A DNA stretch of 64,000 bases from a virus. Its lineage: Duplodnaviria > Caudoviricetes. Both the position numbers and the translations under genes were made by a program. The notes under the pieces were generated by a model. That model was given only the letters and a program-made list of their open reading frames with translations. It did not search any database and was not told where the DNA came from. The stretch spans positions 1-64,000 of the IMG/VR virus record IMGVR_UViG_3300033463_000079; one strand, written 5' to 3'. The first letter of the stretch is position 1, and each line of letters opens with the position of its first letter. Below are positions 55,105 to 64,000 of this stretch, in pieces.

Positions 55105-55704
55105 ATGAAAATACTGATTGCAGTTCCAACTTTTGAAAACATCCAACCGGAAGTGTTCAAAGCAATTTATGACCAGGACAAGTGTGGTCATGATGTGGAC
55201 TTTGATTTCATGAAGGGGTACGACGTCGCATGGGCGAGGAGCAAGATTGCGAAGAAAGCGGTGGAGTGCGGATACGACTACGTTATGATGGTCGATTCCG
55301 ACACAGTGATACCGGCAGACACGTTGACGAACTTCCTCGATCCAGAGGCCGACATCGTGCTTGGATGTTGTCCGAGGAAGAACAGCAAGACCAGAATGTC
55401 CGCACTGTGTACACTGAAGGACAATCCTACAGGCACAGGCTATCACGTCAGTTTGAGCTATGATGCGCTGCAAGGCGAGGAGCGGATCAAACTGGTGGTA
55501 GGCGGATTCGCATGTGCATTGATCGACACGGACGTGTTCCGGAACATGAAGTATCCGTATTTCAGGTACGTGCAGTACGGAAACGGCTCGATACTTTCAG
55601 AGGACTTCTACTTCTGTGAGCAGGCAGGACTGGCAGGATACGATGTGTGGGCGGATCCGAGAGTCAAGTGCGGACATCTGGCACGGTATTATCAGTATGA
55701 GTAA
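55105..55704 (+). CDS. glycosyltransferase (GT-A fold)
   Basis: ILIAVP, DYVMMVDSD (DxD), GFACALID, SEDFYFC, VKCGH. Confidence 0.85.
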   Translation: MKILIAVPTFENIQPEVFKAIYDQDKCGHDVDFDFMKGYDVAWARSKIAKKAVECGYDYVMMVDSDTVIPADTLTNFLDPEADIVLGCCPRKNSKTRMSALCTLKDNPTGTGYHVSLSYDALQGEERIKLVVGGFACALIDTDVFRNMKYPYFRYVQYGNGSILSEDFYFCEQAGLAGYDVWADPRVKCGHLARYYQYE

Positions 55705-55710
55705 AGGAGA

Positions 55711-55962
55711 ATGAACATGGCAACAAAAAAGAAGGCTGCGAAGAAGCCACAAAAGAAGACAGTGACGGTGTACATTCCGTTCGTAGAAGGCGAGGAAGAC
55801 GAGCTGACGATCGGGATCAACGGAGTAATGTACAAAGTGAAACGAGGCGAGGAAGTAGAAGTTCCGAGAGCGGTGGCAGTCGTCATCCGGAATTCAAACC
55901 TTCAGGCCAAGGTCGCAAAGGAATACTGTGAATCCGTCAGAAACGTGGCTATTGCAGAGTAA
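55711..55962 (+). CDS. small head-associated protein
   Basis: IGINGVMYKVKRGEEVEVP motif, common after N4-gp56-type capsid genes. Confidence 0.7.
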   Translation: MNMATKKKAAKKPQKKTVTVYIPFVEGEEDELTIGINGVMYKVKRGEEVEVPRAVAVVIRNSNLQAKVAKEYCESVRNVAIAE

Positions 55963-56019
55963 CAAAGAATGCGGAAGGTGGTGGACACACTGTCTTCCGC
56001 AGTTTTTAAGAGGAATGAA

Positions 56020-56421
56020 ATGACACTGCTTGAACTAATAAACAAAGTGAATACGGAGAAACCGAATTCCTTCTCAAACGCATATCTGATGAACCTGGTC
56101 AACGAGGTCGAGGCACAAGTCTACGACTATCTGGAAACACCAGACAACATGAGAATCTACCATGTGCTGTCAGAGATCGAGACTGTAGAAGATCCGGAAG
56201 ATACCGGCCTGGATGGAGAGCTTCTCATACCGGATCCATATTCCACAGCGTATGAGTCCTATCTCCGTGCAAGGCTTGACTATGCAAACGAAGAGTTCGA
56301 TCTGTACGCAAACGACACGGAACAGTTCAATTCGGATATGGAGTCATGGAAGGCATACGCAATGCGGCATGGACAAGTAGACACGTCTGATCTTCCGACC
56401 AAGATTACGAACTGGTGGTGA
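56020..56421 (+). CDS. head-tail adaptor
   Basis: MTLLELINKV..EKPN...ELLIPDPY...YL.ARLDYAN. Confidence 0.75.
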   Translation: MTLLELINKVNTEKPNSFSNAYLMNLVNEVEAQVYDYLETPDNMRIYHVLSEIETVEDPEDTGLDGELLIPDPYSTAYESYLRARLDYANEEFDLYANDTEQFNSDMESWKAYAMRHGQVDTSDLPTKITNWW

Positions 56422-56425
56422 TCAT

Positions 56426-59152
56426 ATGTTAGTAACACCAGTAAGAAGAGTGACTCCGCAGGAAGAGAGAGTCATCGAATTCAAAGGGATCAACAGACGT
56501 CCTATGATCGAGGACGGAGAGATGCGGCAGGCATACAATCTCGGCACGGAAGACTATCCGAACCTGTCACAGAGACGATCGAGAGAGGACTTCAATTCAA
56601 ACTACGTCGAACCGGTGCAGATGCTCGTGAAGGACGAGAAGCTCGCTGTGATCGACAGAGTCAGTCCGAGCCGGTACGTGTTCTACTACAACGGAGAGCT
56701 GTGCGACTCGCTGTCCTGGGCAAGTGAACCAAAGATGGTGGCAATCGGCAGTAAGATCTGTTTCTTCTGCGGAGAGCAGCACAATTGGTATCAGGTCAAG
56801 ACTGCAGACGGTGTGACGCAGGGAACGACAGGTGCGCTCGGTGTGGATATCGACATCACGTCGGCGCTCGGTGTCTGGATCGGAGAGGACGAGCTTGAGA
56901 TCTCATCCGGCAAACAGTACATGTACGAGTATCTGTCATCCGTAAAGGAATCCACTACGGAAGGCATGGGTGCTATCGTTAGCCAACTTACTGCTGTTGA
57001 CGGATCTTCGACTCTTGACGTGTACGTCGGACAGAGAACGGACGACACAACACAGGTCAAGGTAAAAGTCGAAGGTACGTATACGGACATCAAGTTCGTG
57101 ACGTTTGAGGTCGGAGCGCAGCCAATCACTGCCGGCACTTACGAATGGAGATATGCCGGGTACACTGTGCCAGGCGGCGGAGCATTGTTTGCGACAGACT
57201 ATATCGATCTTCGTGGCTACGTCTACGAGAACGGCATCAGCATCAGAGTGAGATGTTTCTCTGAAACCGGCAACGTGTACACGAAGACGGTGGACATGGA
57301 CGACTACGGATGGACGGACGACACGTTCGCATTGCTCAATGCAGTTCCGAGGCTTGAGGATCTGTTCAAGGTAGACGACGTTGTAGACATCAAAGGCAAG
57401 GAGACATCCGAAGAGTACGTCGGAGACATGACTGAAGCGGAGTACAACATACTTGCAGCAAAGCTCGACGTGTCGACAGGAACCGGCACGGTGGATATGT
57501 CTATCACTCCGGCAGAGTATAACGAACTTGCTGCGATGCTCGGCCTGGATACAGAAGTATCTACAGAAGTGGACACTACCATCACGGCAAAGGAGTCCAC
57601 CAAGCTCGCACGGACAATCGGCCTTTCTGTGGCTCGTGAGGATGCCGAGGTGGGAGATATGGACACGTCGTCTGTGATCGCAATCGTGACAGAAAACGAT
57701 ATCGTGTTTGCGGACAAGCCGTTTTTAATGGCAGACAGTTCCGCTGCAACGGACGAACCGATCACTTCAGACAGCAGCTCAAAGGTGGTCAACGTGTCGC
57801 CTCTGGACTTCCCGAAGCCGACGCTGTGGTACGCACTCCGGTCAAAGGATAACGAAGGCAAGGTCACTGTGCTGTGGACGGTAGAGTGTGCGACTGCGAT
57901 CTCCGGTACGAGAGACGGCACGACATATCTGATCCAGGCGCAGGAAGACGGTACGGACGAACCTTGGCAGACGGTGCTGACAATGAACAGCACAAAGGGA
58001 AACCTTCCGAGCGTCGTGGCAAACGGAAAGAGCTTCTTTGCGATGGACGTGCAGGTGCCGTCAATGAGTACGGTGTACAACTTCCGTGTGATCGCAACGA
58101 ATGCGACAGCCAGGACGACCGGAACGGCTATGTCAGGAACACCATCGTCCGGTTATCCGCAGTGCATGGGAAAACATTCAGTGTATACGACGCTTGGTTC
58201 ACTCAAACTTGAGAGAAACTGTCCTGATCTGGACTTTGTCTGTGAGTATAACAACAGACTGTGGGGATGCAACAGCACGACGAACGAGATCCTGGCATGT
58301 AAGCTCGGAGATCCGACGAACTGGCATTATTTCCAGGCGACGTCTATGGACTCGTTTGCAGCGTCTCAAGGCACGGACGGAAAGTGGACAGGATGCGGAG
58401 TCTACTCGAACCATCTGCTGTTCTTTAAAGAAGAGTGCATCCACAAGGTGTACGGATCTTCTCCATCAACGTATCAGATCCAGGCGCAGAAGGCCAATGG
58501 TGTGAAGGAAGGATCGGACAGATCCGTCGTGATCATAGACGATCTGGTCATCTACCATTCAAAGATCGGATGGATGGCCTATACCGGCGGCACTCCGGAA
58601 CTGATGTCATCAAAGCTCGGAGAAGTCAATTATTCCGATGTGGCAGCAGGTGCTGACGGAAAGAAATATTACTGCAGCGCATACAACACACAGACAGGAC
58701 TCTACGATGTTCTCGTCTTCGACACGGAAACCGGCTACTGGCTCCAGGAAGACAACGTCCACATGCTTGATCTGTGCGTGTATGAAGGACTGCTGATGTA
58801 TATAGATGCCGACAATGCAAAGATCGTGAAGATCGGTGCAGGCGACGAGCAAGACATCGAATGGTATGCGGTGTTTGGCGAGTTCGACGAAGTGATCGAG
58901 GATAAGAAGGTCATTTCAAAACTGAAGATGCGACTGACGATGACGGAAGGTGCGACACTGGATGTCTACGTGAAGATCGACAGCGGAGAATGGGAACCTG
59001 TCACTCACTTCCCACATGACACAGAACGTGCGGTAGTAGTGCCGATCGTGCCGAGAAGGTGCGACAGATACTCCGTCAAGCTCGCAGGAACCGGGAGATG
59101 CCGGATCGAGTCAATGCTGCGTATGTATAGACAGACTACAGGGAGACTGTGA
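56426..59152 (+). CDS. tail nozzle/stabilisation protein (P22 gp10-like) with large insertion
   Basis: IEFKGIN...YPNLSQR N-terminus; CPDLDFVCEYNNRLWG...KLGDPTNW...GTDGKWTG C-terminus. Confidence 0.85.
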   Translation: MLVTPVRRVTPQEERVIEFKGINRRPMIEDGEMRQAYNLGTEDYPNLSQRRSREDFNSNYVEPVQMLVKDEKLAVIDRVSPSRYVFYYNGELCDSLSWASEPKMVAIGSKICFFCGEQHNWYQVKTADGVTQGTTGALGVDIDITSALGVWIGEDELEISSGKQYMYEYLSSVKESTTEGMGAIVSQLTAVDGSSTLDVYVGQRTDDTTQVKVKVEGTYTDIKFVTFEVGAQPITAGTYEWRYAGYTVPGGGALFATDYIDLRGYVYENGISIRVRCFSETGNVYTKTVDMDDYGWTDDTFALLNAVPRLEDLFKVDDVVDIKGKETSEEYVGDMTEAEYNILAAKLDVSTGTGTVDMSITPAEYNELAAMLGLDTEVSTEVDTTITAKESTKLARTIGLSVAREDAEVGDMDTSSVIAIVTENDIVFADKPFLMADSSAATDEPITSDSSSKVVNVSPLDFPKPTLWYALRSKDNEGKVTVLWTVECATAISGTRDGTTYLIQAQEDGTDEPWQTVLTMNSTKGNLPSVVANGKSFFAMDVQVPSMSTVYNFRVIATNATARTTGTAMSGTPSSGYPQCMGKHSVYTTLGSLKLERNCPDLDFVCEYNNRLWGCNSTTNEILACKLGDPTNWHYFQATSMDSFAASQGTDGKWTGCGVYSNHLLFFKEECIHKVYGSSPSTYQIQAQKANGVKEGSDRSVVIIDDLVIYHSKIGWMAYTGGTPELMSSKLGEVNYSDVAAGADGKKYYCSAYNTQTGLYDVLVFDTETGYWLQEDNVHMLDLCVYEGLLMYIDADNAKIVKIGAGDEQDIEWYAVFGEFDEVIEDKKVISKLKMRLTMTEGATLDVYVKIDSGEWEPVTHFPHDTERAVVVPIVPRRCDRYSVKLAGTGRCRIESMLRMYRQTTGRL

Positions 59153-60939
59153 TGATCGTTGATTACAACAGAAGTCCAAACATAACAGAAGAAGAGAGAC
59201 TGGCATCCTTGCAGGAGTCGGTGCAGAGAGCACTGGACGAACTGATGCAGATGGTATCAGGGATCGAGACTCCGGAGAAGAGCGGACTTGTTGAGAAGGT
59301 CGAGGTCGTCACACAGAAGACTGCCAGTACGAGGCAGAGAGCTGTCCATGCCCAGGGACTTGCAGAAGAAGCGCAGACAATGGCGGACGAGGCAGGAAAG
59401 GCTGCACAGACGGCATGGGAATACGCAGACGATGCAAAGGACGCAGCGGACGCAGCACAGGATTCTGCGGATGCAGCACAAGGTTCTGCTAATACTGCGA
59501 ACAGAGCTGCGAATGCAGCGCTCGATCAACTTGGTGTGGTTCAGGATGTCGTTGGTGTTCTTGACTGGGCATCGTCACACGGAACATTTGAACTGACGTC
59601 CGACGTGACCGTCCAGGAAGGAAAGGTATATTTCGTTTACGACTCCGTCACAGGGGATTATTCTCCGGTGGTGGATCCAAAGGACGAGGAGCTGTCGACG
59701 TATTATGAGCTGTCCATGACAGAGGCCATGCAGACATTCATCATGGCACATCTGGCAGTGACGCAGAGAGGACTCTGGGTTCTTCCGAGTGGTGTAGGAA
59801 GCGGCACGACTCCGGCACAGGGAGAGACGCAGGCAGACTCCGACGCAAGGCAAGGCAGCAACTACAAGGCGCTTCTGTCGAACAGCGGCCTTCTGATATA
59901 CGACGGAAACGGACAGCTCGTCAGCACGTTTGGAGAATCTATCGTATTCAGTTCGTCCAGGCAGCAAGTGATCGGCGGACAGAGCAACTACATTCTGTTT
60001 GATCCGACGGACGGCAGCATCCTTATAAACGGAAACGACGTTCGGATAGGGGATACCGGCAAGAAGCTCGACGAAGTCCTCACGGACATCGACATCTCTA
60101 CGGAGCAGACAGCGACCGGTGCGGAGATCACGATTGCCGGGCAGACTGTTGAACTGTTAAATGGACAAGACGGACAAGACGGACAAGATGGGCAAGATGG
60201 ACAAGACGGTGCTCCAGGATATACACCATACATTCAAAGTGGATACTGGTACATCAATGGAACGTCAACAGGTGTCAAAGCACAGGGCGAGGATGGAACG
60301 ACGACGCTATGGTATTACGGCGACACAATCACAGGAACATCTACAACACCAACCGTTTTCGTTGACAGTGACGTCACAAACGCAGTGATCGGAGATATCT
60401 ATCTCAACACGGATACAGCGTATGTTTACCAGTGTACACTTGGCGGAGCTGCATCTGTGGCGGAATGGGTTTATGCCGGGAGCATCGCAGACGGTGTGAT
60501 GGAAAACCTTGACGTGTACACCAAGGACGAGATCGACGAGATAAACATAACAACAGGAGAAACGATTGACTCGATAAATGAAGGCATATCAGAATTGGCG
60601 GATGCGATTGCAGATCAGGGCGACGACGTTGAAGGACTAAAGGTCGACGTGGCAGACAGCGCAGAGGCCATCTCAAATCTCGGTACGTTTGTAGATGAGT
60701 ATCTTGGAACGGACGGATACATAAAAATCAACAACGGCACGTTGGAGCTTGGGAAGGGATCGTTCAAGACGGTCATCACTTCGACGGAACTGGGATTCTA
60801 TGACGGAAATCAAAAGGTCGCATACGTATCTAATGAAGAACTGGTCATCAGTAGGACGAAGGTAAGCCAGGAGATGCGTATGGGCAATTTCGTCTGGACT
60901 GTAAAGGAAGACGGAAAACTAATTCTGAAGCACATATAG
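59149..60939 (+). CDS. tail fibre-like protein with coiled coil and collagen-like segment
   Basis: A/Q-rich coiled coil, (GQD)5, GYWYING, C-terminal KVAYVSNEEL. Confidence 0.7.
   Translation: MMIVDYNRSPNITEEERLASLQESVQRALDELMQMVSGIETPEKSGLVEKVEVVTQKTASTRQRAVHAQGLAEEAQTMADEAGKAAQTAWEYADDAKDAADAAQDSADAAQGSANTANRAANAALDQLGVVQDVVGVLDWASSHGTFELTSDVTVQEGKVYFVYDSVTGDYSPVVDPKDEELSTYYELSMTEAMQTFIMAHLAVTQRGLWVLPSGVGSGTTPAQGETQADSDARQGSNYKALLSNSGLLIYDGNGQLVSTFGESIVFSSSRQQVIGGQSNYILFDPTDGSILINGNDVRIGDTGKKLDEVLTDIDISTEQTATGAEITIAGQTVELLNGQDGQDGQDGQDGQDGAPGYTPYIQSGYWYINGTSTGVKAQGEDGTTTLWYYGDTITGTSTTPTVFVDSDVTNAVIGDIYLNTDTAYVYQCTLGGAASVAEWVYAGSIADGVMENLDVYTKDEIDEINITTGETIDSINEGISELADAIADQGDDVEGLKVDVADSAEAISNLGTFVDEYLGTDGYIKINNGTLELGKGSFKTVITSTELGFYDGNQKVAYVSNEELVISRTKVSQEMRMGNFVWTVKEDGKLILKHI
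60163..60207 (+). repeat. 9-bp tandem repeat x5 encoding (GQD)5
   Basis: ggacaagac ggacaagac ggacaagat gggcaagat ggacaagac. Confidence 0.9.
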
Positions 60940-60948
60940 GAGCGGACA

Positions 60949-62139
60949 ATGGCGACAACAGTTTACGGTGCATGGCAAGGTGCAGCCGCTACAGGAAAGG
61001 TAACGCACAGAGCTTATCTGACATATACGGTAACAGTCAACAGCGCAGACACGTACACAATAAATGTGTCTGCGTCCGGTATTGATCCGTGGAACAGCAC
61101 GTGGAGCGGTGTAACAGTAGACTATACGTGGGGTGCAACAGGTGTTACCACAGGAACCGGACAGAGATCTGTTACGGTTTCATCAAGTGATCCGTATGCG
61201 CTCGTCGGCTCACGTAATTACACGTATTCTAAAACACATGCGGCACAGTCAAAGACCGTCTTTGCAACCACAACACTGAATCACGTTGTATCATCGGCAG
61301 GCGGCTCATCTGTAAACGGAAAGACAAGTACGGCGAGCGTGACGTTCAGTGTGCCTGCAAGGACAAGCTATTCCGTAACCTTCAATGCAAACGGTGGATC
61401 CGGTGCTCCGGGAGCGCAGACAAAATGGTACAACGAAGCGCTCGCACTATCATCGACAAGGCCTACACGAGCAAATTACACGTTCAAAGGATGGGCGACG
61501 TCAGAGGCAAGAGCTACATCTAAATATGTTGATTATGCGGCAGGCGGAACAGTAGCTGCAGGGACGAACAGTGCGCTGTCTCTGTGGGCAGTATGGGATG
61601 AAATATACGTACCGGCAAGTGTTACAAACCTTGTTGCATTTAGAACAGCGGACGAAACAACGACTCCTGCAGAAGAGGACGACGAAGGAACGTATCTGTA
61701 CGTCGGTTTTGACTACATATGCGGACACTACCAGGGAGATACGTTGCCGGAACCTGCTACGACATGCACGATAACACTTGACGGAACGACGCTTGACACG
61801 CTGCAGTTCAGCGACTCGGATTCCTTTGACAACGAAAGCAGCAGATACTCTGTTTCCGCATTTAGCACAGGGATATCACATTCTCTCATCGTTACACTGT
61901 CGAACAGTGTTGGAACGGTCACGTATACATACACAGTGCCGTCGACGAAGTATCCGATCGAGATCGAGGCCGATGCGTCTATTATGGCGCTTGGCACTCC
62001 AATAAGACTCAAAAGAGACATGTATATGGATATCGACGAGGCTGCAGCGTCAGGCATGGATTATCAAATGAGAACCGCACTGACTGCCCTTGGATGGTGG
62101 AAGCCGATATCACAGGGCGGAGTGTTAATGGACGAGTAA
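60949..62139 (+). CDS. tail-associated protein with InlB B-repeat
   Basis: YSVTFNANGGSGAP..QTKWY...PTRANYTFKGWAT; homologous to the N-terminal half of 19673-22183. Confidence 0.75.
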   Translation: MATTVYGAWQGAAATGKVTHRAYLTYTVTVNSADTYTINVSASGIDPWNSTWSGVTVDYTWGATGVTTGTGQRSVTVSSSDPYALVGSRNYTYSKTHAAQSKTVFATTTLNHVVSSAGGSSVNGKTSTASVTFSVPARTSYSVTFNANGGSGAPGAQTKWYNEALALSSTRPTRANYTFKGWATSEARATSKYVDYAAGGTVAAGTNSALSLWAVWDEIYVPASVTNLVAFRTADETTTPAEEDDEGTYLYVGFDYICGHYQGDTLPEPATTCTITLDGTTLDTLQFSDSDSFDNESSRYSVSAFSTGISHSLIVTLSNSVGTVTYTYTVPSTKYPIEIEADASIMALGTPIRLKRDMYMDIDEAAASGMDYQMRTALTALGWWKPISQGGVLMDE

Positions 62140-62151
62140 AGGAGAAACGAC

Positions 62152-62367
62152 ATGTATATTATTTTGGAATTACAGACAAACGACGGAGCGGCTACAGTAG
62201 TCACTCCGATCCAGACGGCACAGACATTAAACGAAGCAATGAGTAGGTATCACGGCATTCTGGCAGCCGCTGCGATAAGCTCGGTCGAGTGCCACAGTGC
62301 GATCATGCTCAATGAACGAGGAGACTACGTCGCAAAAGAATCTTATGAACATCCGAAAGAGGACTAA
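62152..62367 (+). CDS. small conserved phage protein
   Basis: YIILELQTN...SRYHGILAAAAIS....HSAIML. Confidence 0.7.
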   Translation: MYIILELQTNDGAATVVTPIQTAQTLNEAMSRYHGILAAAAISSVECHSAIMLNERGDYVAKESYEHPKED

Positions 62368-62370
62368 CAA

Positions 62371-62739
62371 ATGAAAGAGATCAGCTTGAGAGCGCTGCTG
62401 AACAAAATGCTCTTCCGTGAATCGTATGAGATTTGGGTGGGAGACTATACAGCCAGAGCGCAACAAATTAACTCGTCACTGACGTCGAGCAGCGGAACGG
62501 ACGCATGGATGACTGCCGTGCTCAAGGCAATCTGTGCAGATTATCCAGACAATGCCCATAAGATATTTAGAGGGAAATTCACTCCGAATTCTGTGGTTTT
62601 CTTCGAGGTAATGATTTACAACACGAGTACAGTAAGCAATGGACTGCCACAGTATTGTTTTGGCACTCTTCGTCAGTGGCAGAGCTTGTTCTGGATCATA
62701 TCAACGAACAACTATAGTTTTTCATATACTGCAAAATAA
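62371..62739 (+). CDS. hypothetical tail-region protein
   Basis: ORF track, gagga RBS. Confidence 0.6.
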   Translation: MKEISLRALLNKMLFRESYEIWVGDYTARAQQINSSLTSSSGTDAWMTAVLKAICADYPDNAHKIFRGKFTPNSVVFFEVMIYNTSTVSNGLPQYCFGTLRQWQSLFWIISTNNYSFSYTAK

Positions 62740-62749
62740 GGAGAACATC

Positions 62750-63004
62750 ATGAATACATTCTGGAAGGCAACAGGGATCAGATGTATCAGAACATTTCTG
62801 ACGACCATCCTGGGAGTGTGGACAGCAGGTACGTTGATTACCGACGTAGACTGGAAAACCACACTGATCAGTGCGGTATCGGCAACGGTGTACATTTTCA
62901 TCGTGTGTGTCGTTGGCGGACTGCCGGAAGTGAAATACAAGAACCATCTGTATCAGTATTACGACGAACCTGCAGACAGTGAGGTAACAGAAGATGATGA
63001 ATAA
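62750..63004 (+). CDS. holin (r1t family-like)
   Basis: ATGIRCIRTF...DWKTTLISA...GLPEV; RBS aaggag before ATG 62750. Confidence 0.8.
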   Translation: MNTFWKATGIRCIRTFLTTILGVWTAGTLITDVDWKTTLISAVSATVYIFIVCVVGGLPEVKYKNHLYQYYDEPADSEVTEDDE

Positions 63005-64000
63005 CAGAGAACTACTTGCTGTAGCTATTAGTCAGCTCGGCAACACAGGCGGAAAGTATCGGTCATACGTGGGAGAACCGGGATCCTGGTGCGACATGTT
63101 CGTGTACTGGCTCTTTCATGCGAACGGATGCGGAGAGCTTCTGAACTGGACGACGAAGGCAGAGAAGATAGGATGTCCGTCCTCGATCAAGTGGTGCGAG
63201 AAAAACCTGGCAGAGATTCCGCCGTATTTGGCTATGGCCTGTGATCTGGTGTACTACGACTGGGATAAGAACCGTGTGCCGAACCATATCGGTATCGTGG
63301 AAAGCCACTGGACGAACGACAAAATCCATGCGATCGAAGGCAACACGTCCGGCGGCAAGGTGGACAGGAAAGACCGGCAGAAATACATCCAGGCAGTGTT
63401 CCGGCCTCACTTTGCACCTACCAATCTGAAGAAGGACACAAAGCTCGCAGAGGACAGCATTTGCGGATACAACACTATCGCAGCTATGGAGAAGTGGCTT
63501 GGCCTTCCGCAGACTGGCATCCTCACGAGAGAGGTCGTCATCGCGCTCCAGAAGAAGGTGGGAGCGGATCCGGATGCGGCATGGGGGAAACAGACCAGTA
63601 AAAAGCTGCAGAAGGTCATCGGTGCCAGTCAGGACGGCGACTTCTATAAAAACTCCGTGTTGAAACTGCAGCAGTATCTGAACAAGACTCTCGGCTATAC
63701 GAAGGCAGCGCCAAAGAAGGCGGAGACAAAGCAACCGACGAAACATTCCTACAGGATCGAGGTCGATCTTACGAACCAGATCACGACAGTATACGACAAT
63801 GGCAAGGCAGTCATGAGTGAGTTCGTTTCAACAGCTCGAAAGGGCAAAACGACTCCGGTCGGCAGCTTCAAGATCCAGGGTGCAAAGAACCTGAAGGCAA
63901 AATACAGAACAGCCAAGCTGTCCGGCGGCAAGTCTTACGCAGAGTTCCTTGTACGGTTCAAGGGTGCTAAATGTATGCACACTGTTCCATACAGCAAAAG
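62994..64000 (+). CDS. endolysin, truncated by the window end: CHAP + PG-binding-like + L,D-transpeptidase (YkuD)-like domain
   Basis: Translated by hand from ATG 62994, open to the end: SWCDMFV...NHIGIVE...IEGNT (CHAP); DAAWG..T.KKLQ; IEVDLTNQITTVY...VSTARKGKTTPVGSFKI...HTVPY. Confidence 0.8.
   Translation, partial: MMNNRELLAVAISQLGNTGGKYRSYVGEPGSWCDMFVYWLFHANGCGELLNWTTKAEKIGCPSSIKWCEKNLAEIPPYLAMACDLVYYDWDKNRVPNHIGIVESHWTNDKIHAIEGNTSGGKVDRKDRQKYIQAVFRPHFAPTNLKKDTKLAEDSICGYNTIAAMEKWLGLPQTGILTREVVIALQKKVGADPDAAWGKQTSKKLQKVIGASQDGDFYKNSVLKLQQYLNKTLGYTKAAPKKAETKQPTKHSYRIEVDLTNQITTVYDNGKAVMSEFVSTARKGKTTPVGSFKIQGAKNLKAKYRTAKLSGGKSYAEFLVRFKGAKCMHTVPYSK

Larger units (their letters stand above)
48470..64000 (+). 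mobile_element. Phage B: partial genome of a second podovirus-like phage
   Basis: Second, non-identical terminase-portal-scaffold-capsid-nozzle-lysis set; abrupt appearance of GATC/CCGG/AGCT/GGCC sites. Confidence 0.85.

Noticed and set aside
60163-60207. (GQD)5 repeat as a phase-variation tract
   Set aside because: In-frame 9-bp collagen-like units with synonymous variation, ordinary for tail fibres.
189-63931. Many long antisense or alternate-frame ORFs in the track (e.g. 189-686, 49663-50523, 36451-37140, 63063-63746)
   Set aside because: They lie opposite well-supported genes, lack RBSs and recognisable motifs, and are expected shadows of biased codon usage.

Overview
The window holds two podovirus-like (short-tailed, P22-nozzle type) phage sequences, most likely of a Clostridia/Firmicutes host, joined at an exact 127-bp repeat. 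Phage A (1-48342) looks like a complete circular genome, because bases 1-127 recur at 48343-48469. It contains a recombination/replication module, a leftward cluster of small genes under near-consensus sigma-A promoters headed by an amidoligase and a glutamine amidotransferase, a control region with four LexA-box-like sites, terminases with two tRNA/tRNA-like genes, head and tail genes, lysis genes and a 3323-aa polyvalent protein. I recognise no integrase or CI-type repressor. Phage B (48470-64000, truncated) has a very different tetranucleotide profile (GATC/CCGG/AGCT-rich, whereas I saw none in phage A). It encodes terS, terL, portal, a Prp-like protease, scaffold, an N4-gp56-type capsid ending in GGSSGGSSSSSS followed 5 bp later by a glycosyltransferase, tail genes, a holin and a CHAP + L,D-transpeptidase endolysin. 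The best candidates for new biology are a putative capsid O-glycosylation module (a glycosyltransferase occupies the post-capsid slot in both phages), possible host-LexA control of an integrase-less phage, and an orphan copy of the replication-origin iterons between two tRNA genes. All family assignments come from motifs recognised by eye; no database searches or counts were run.
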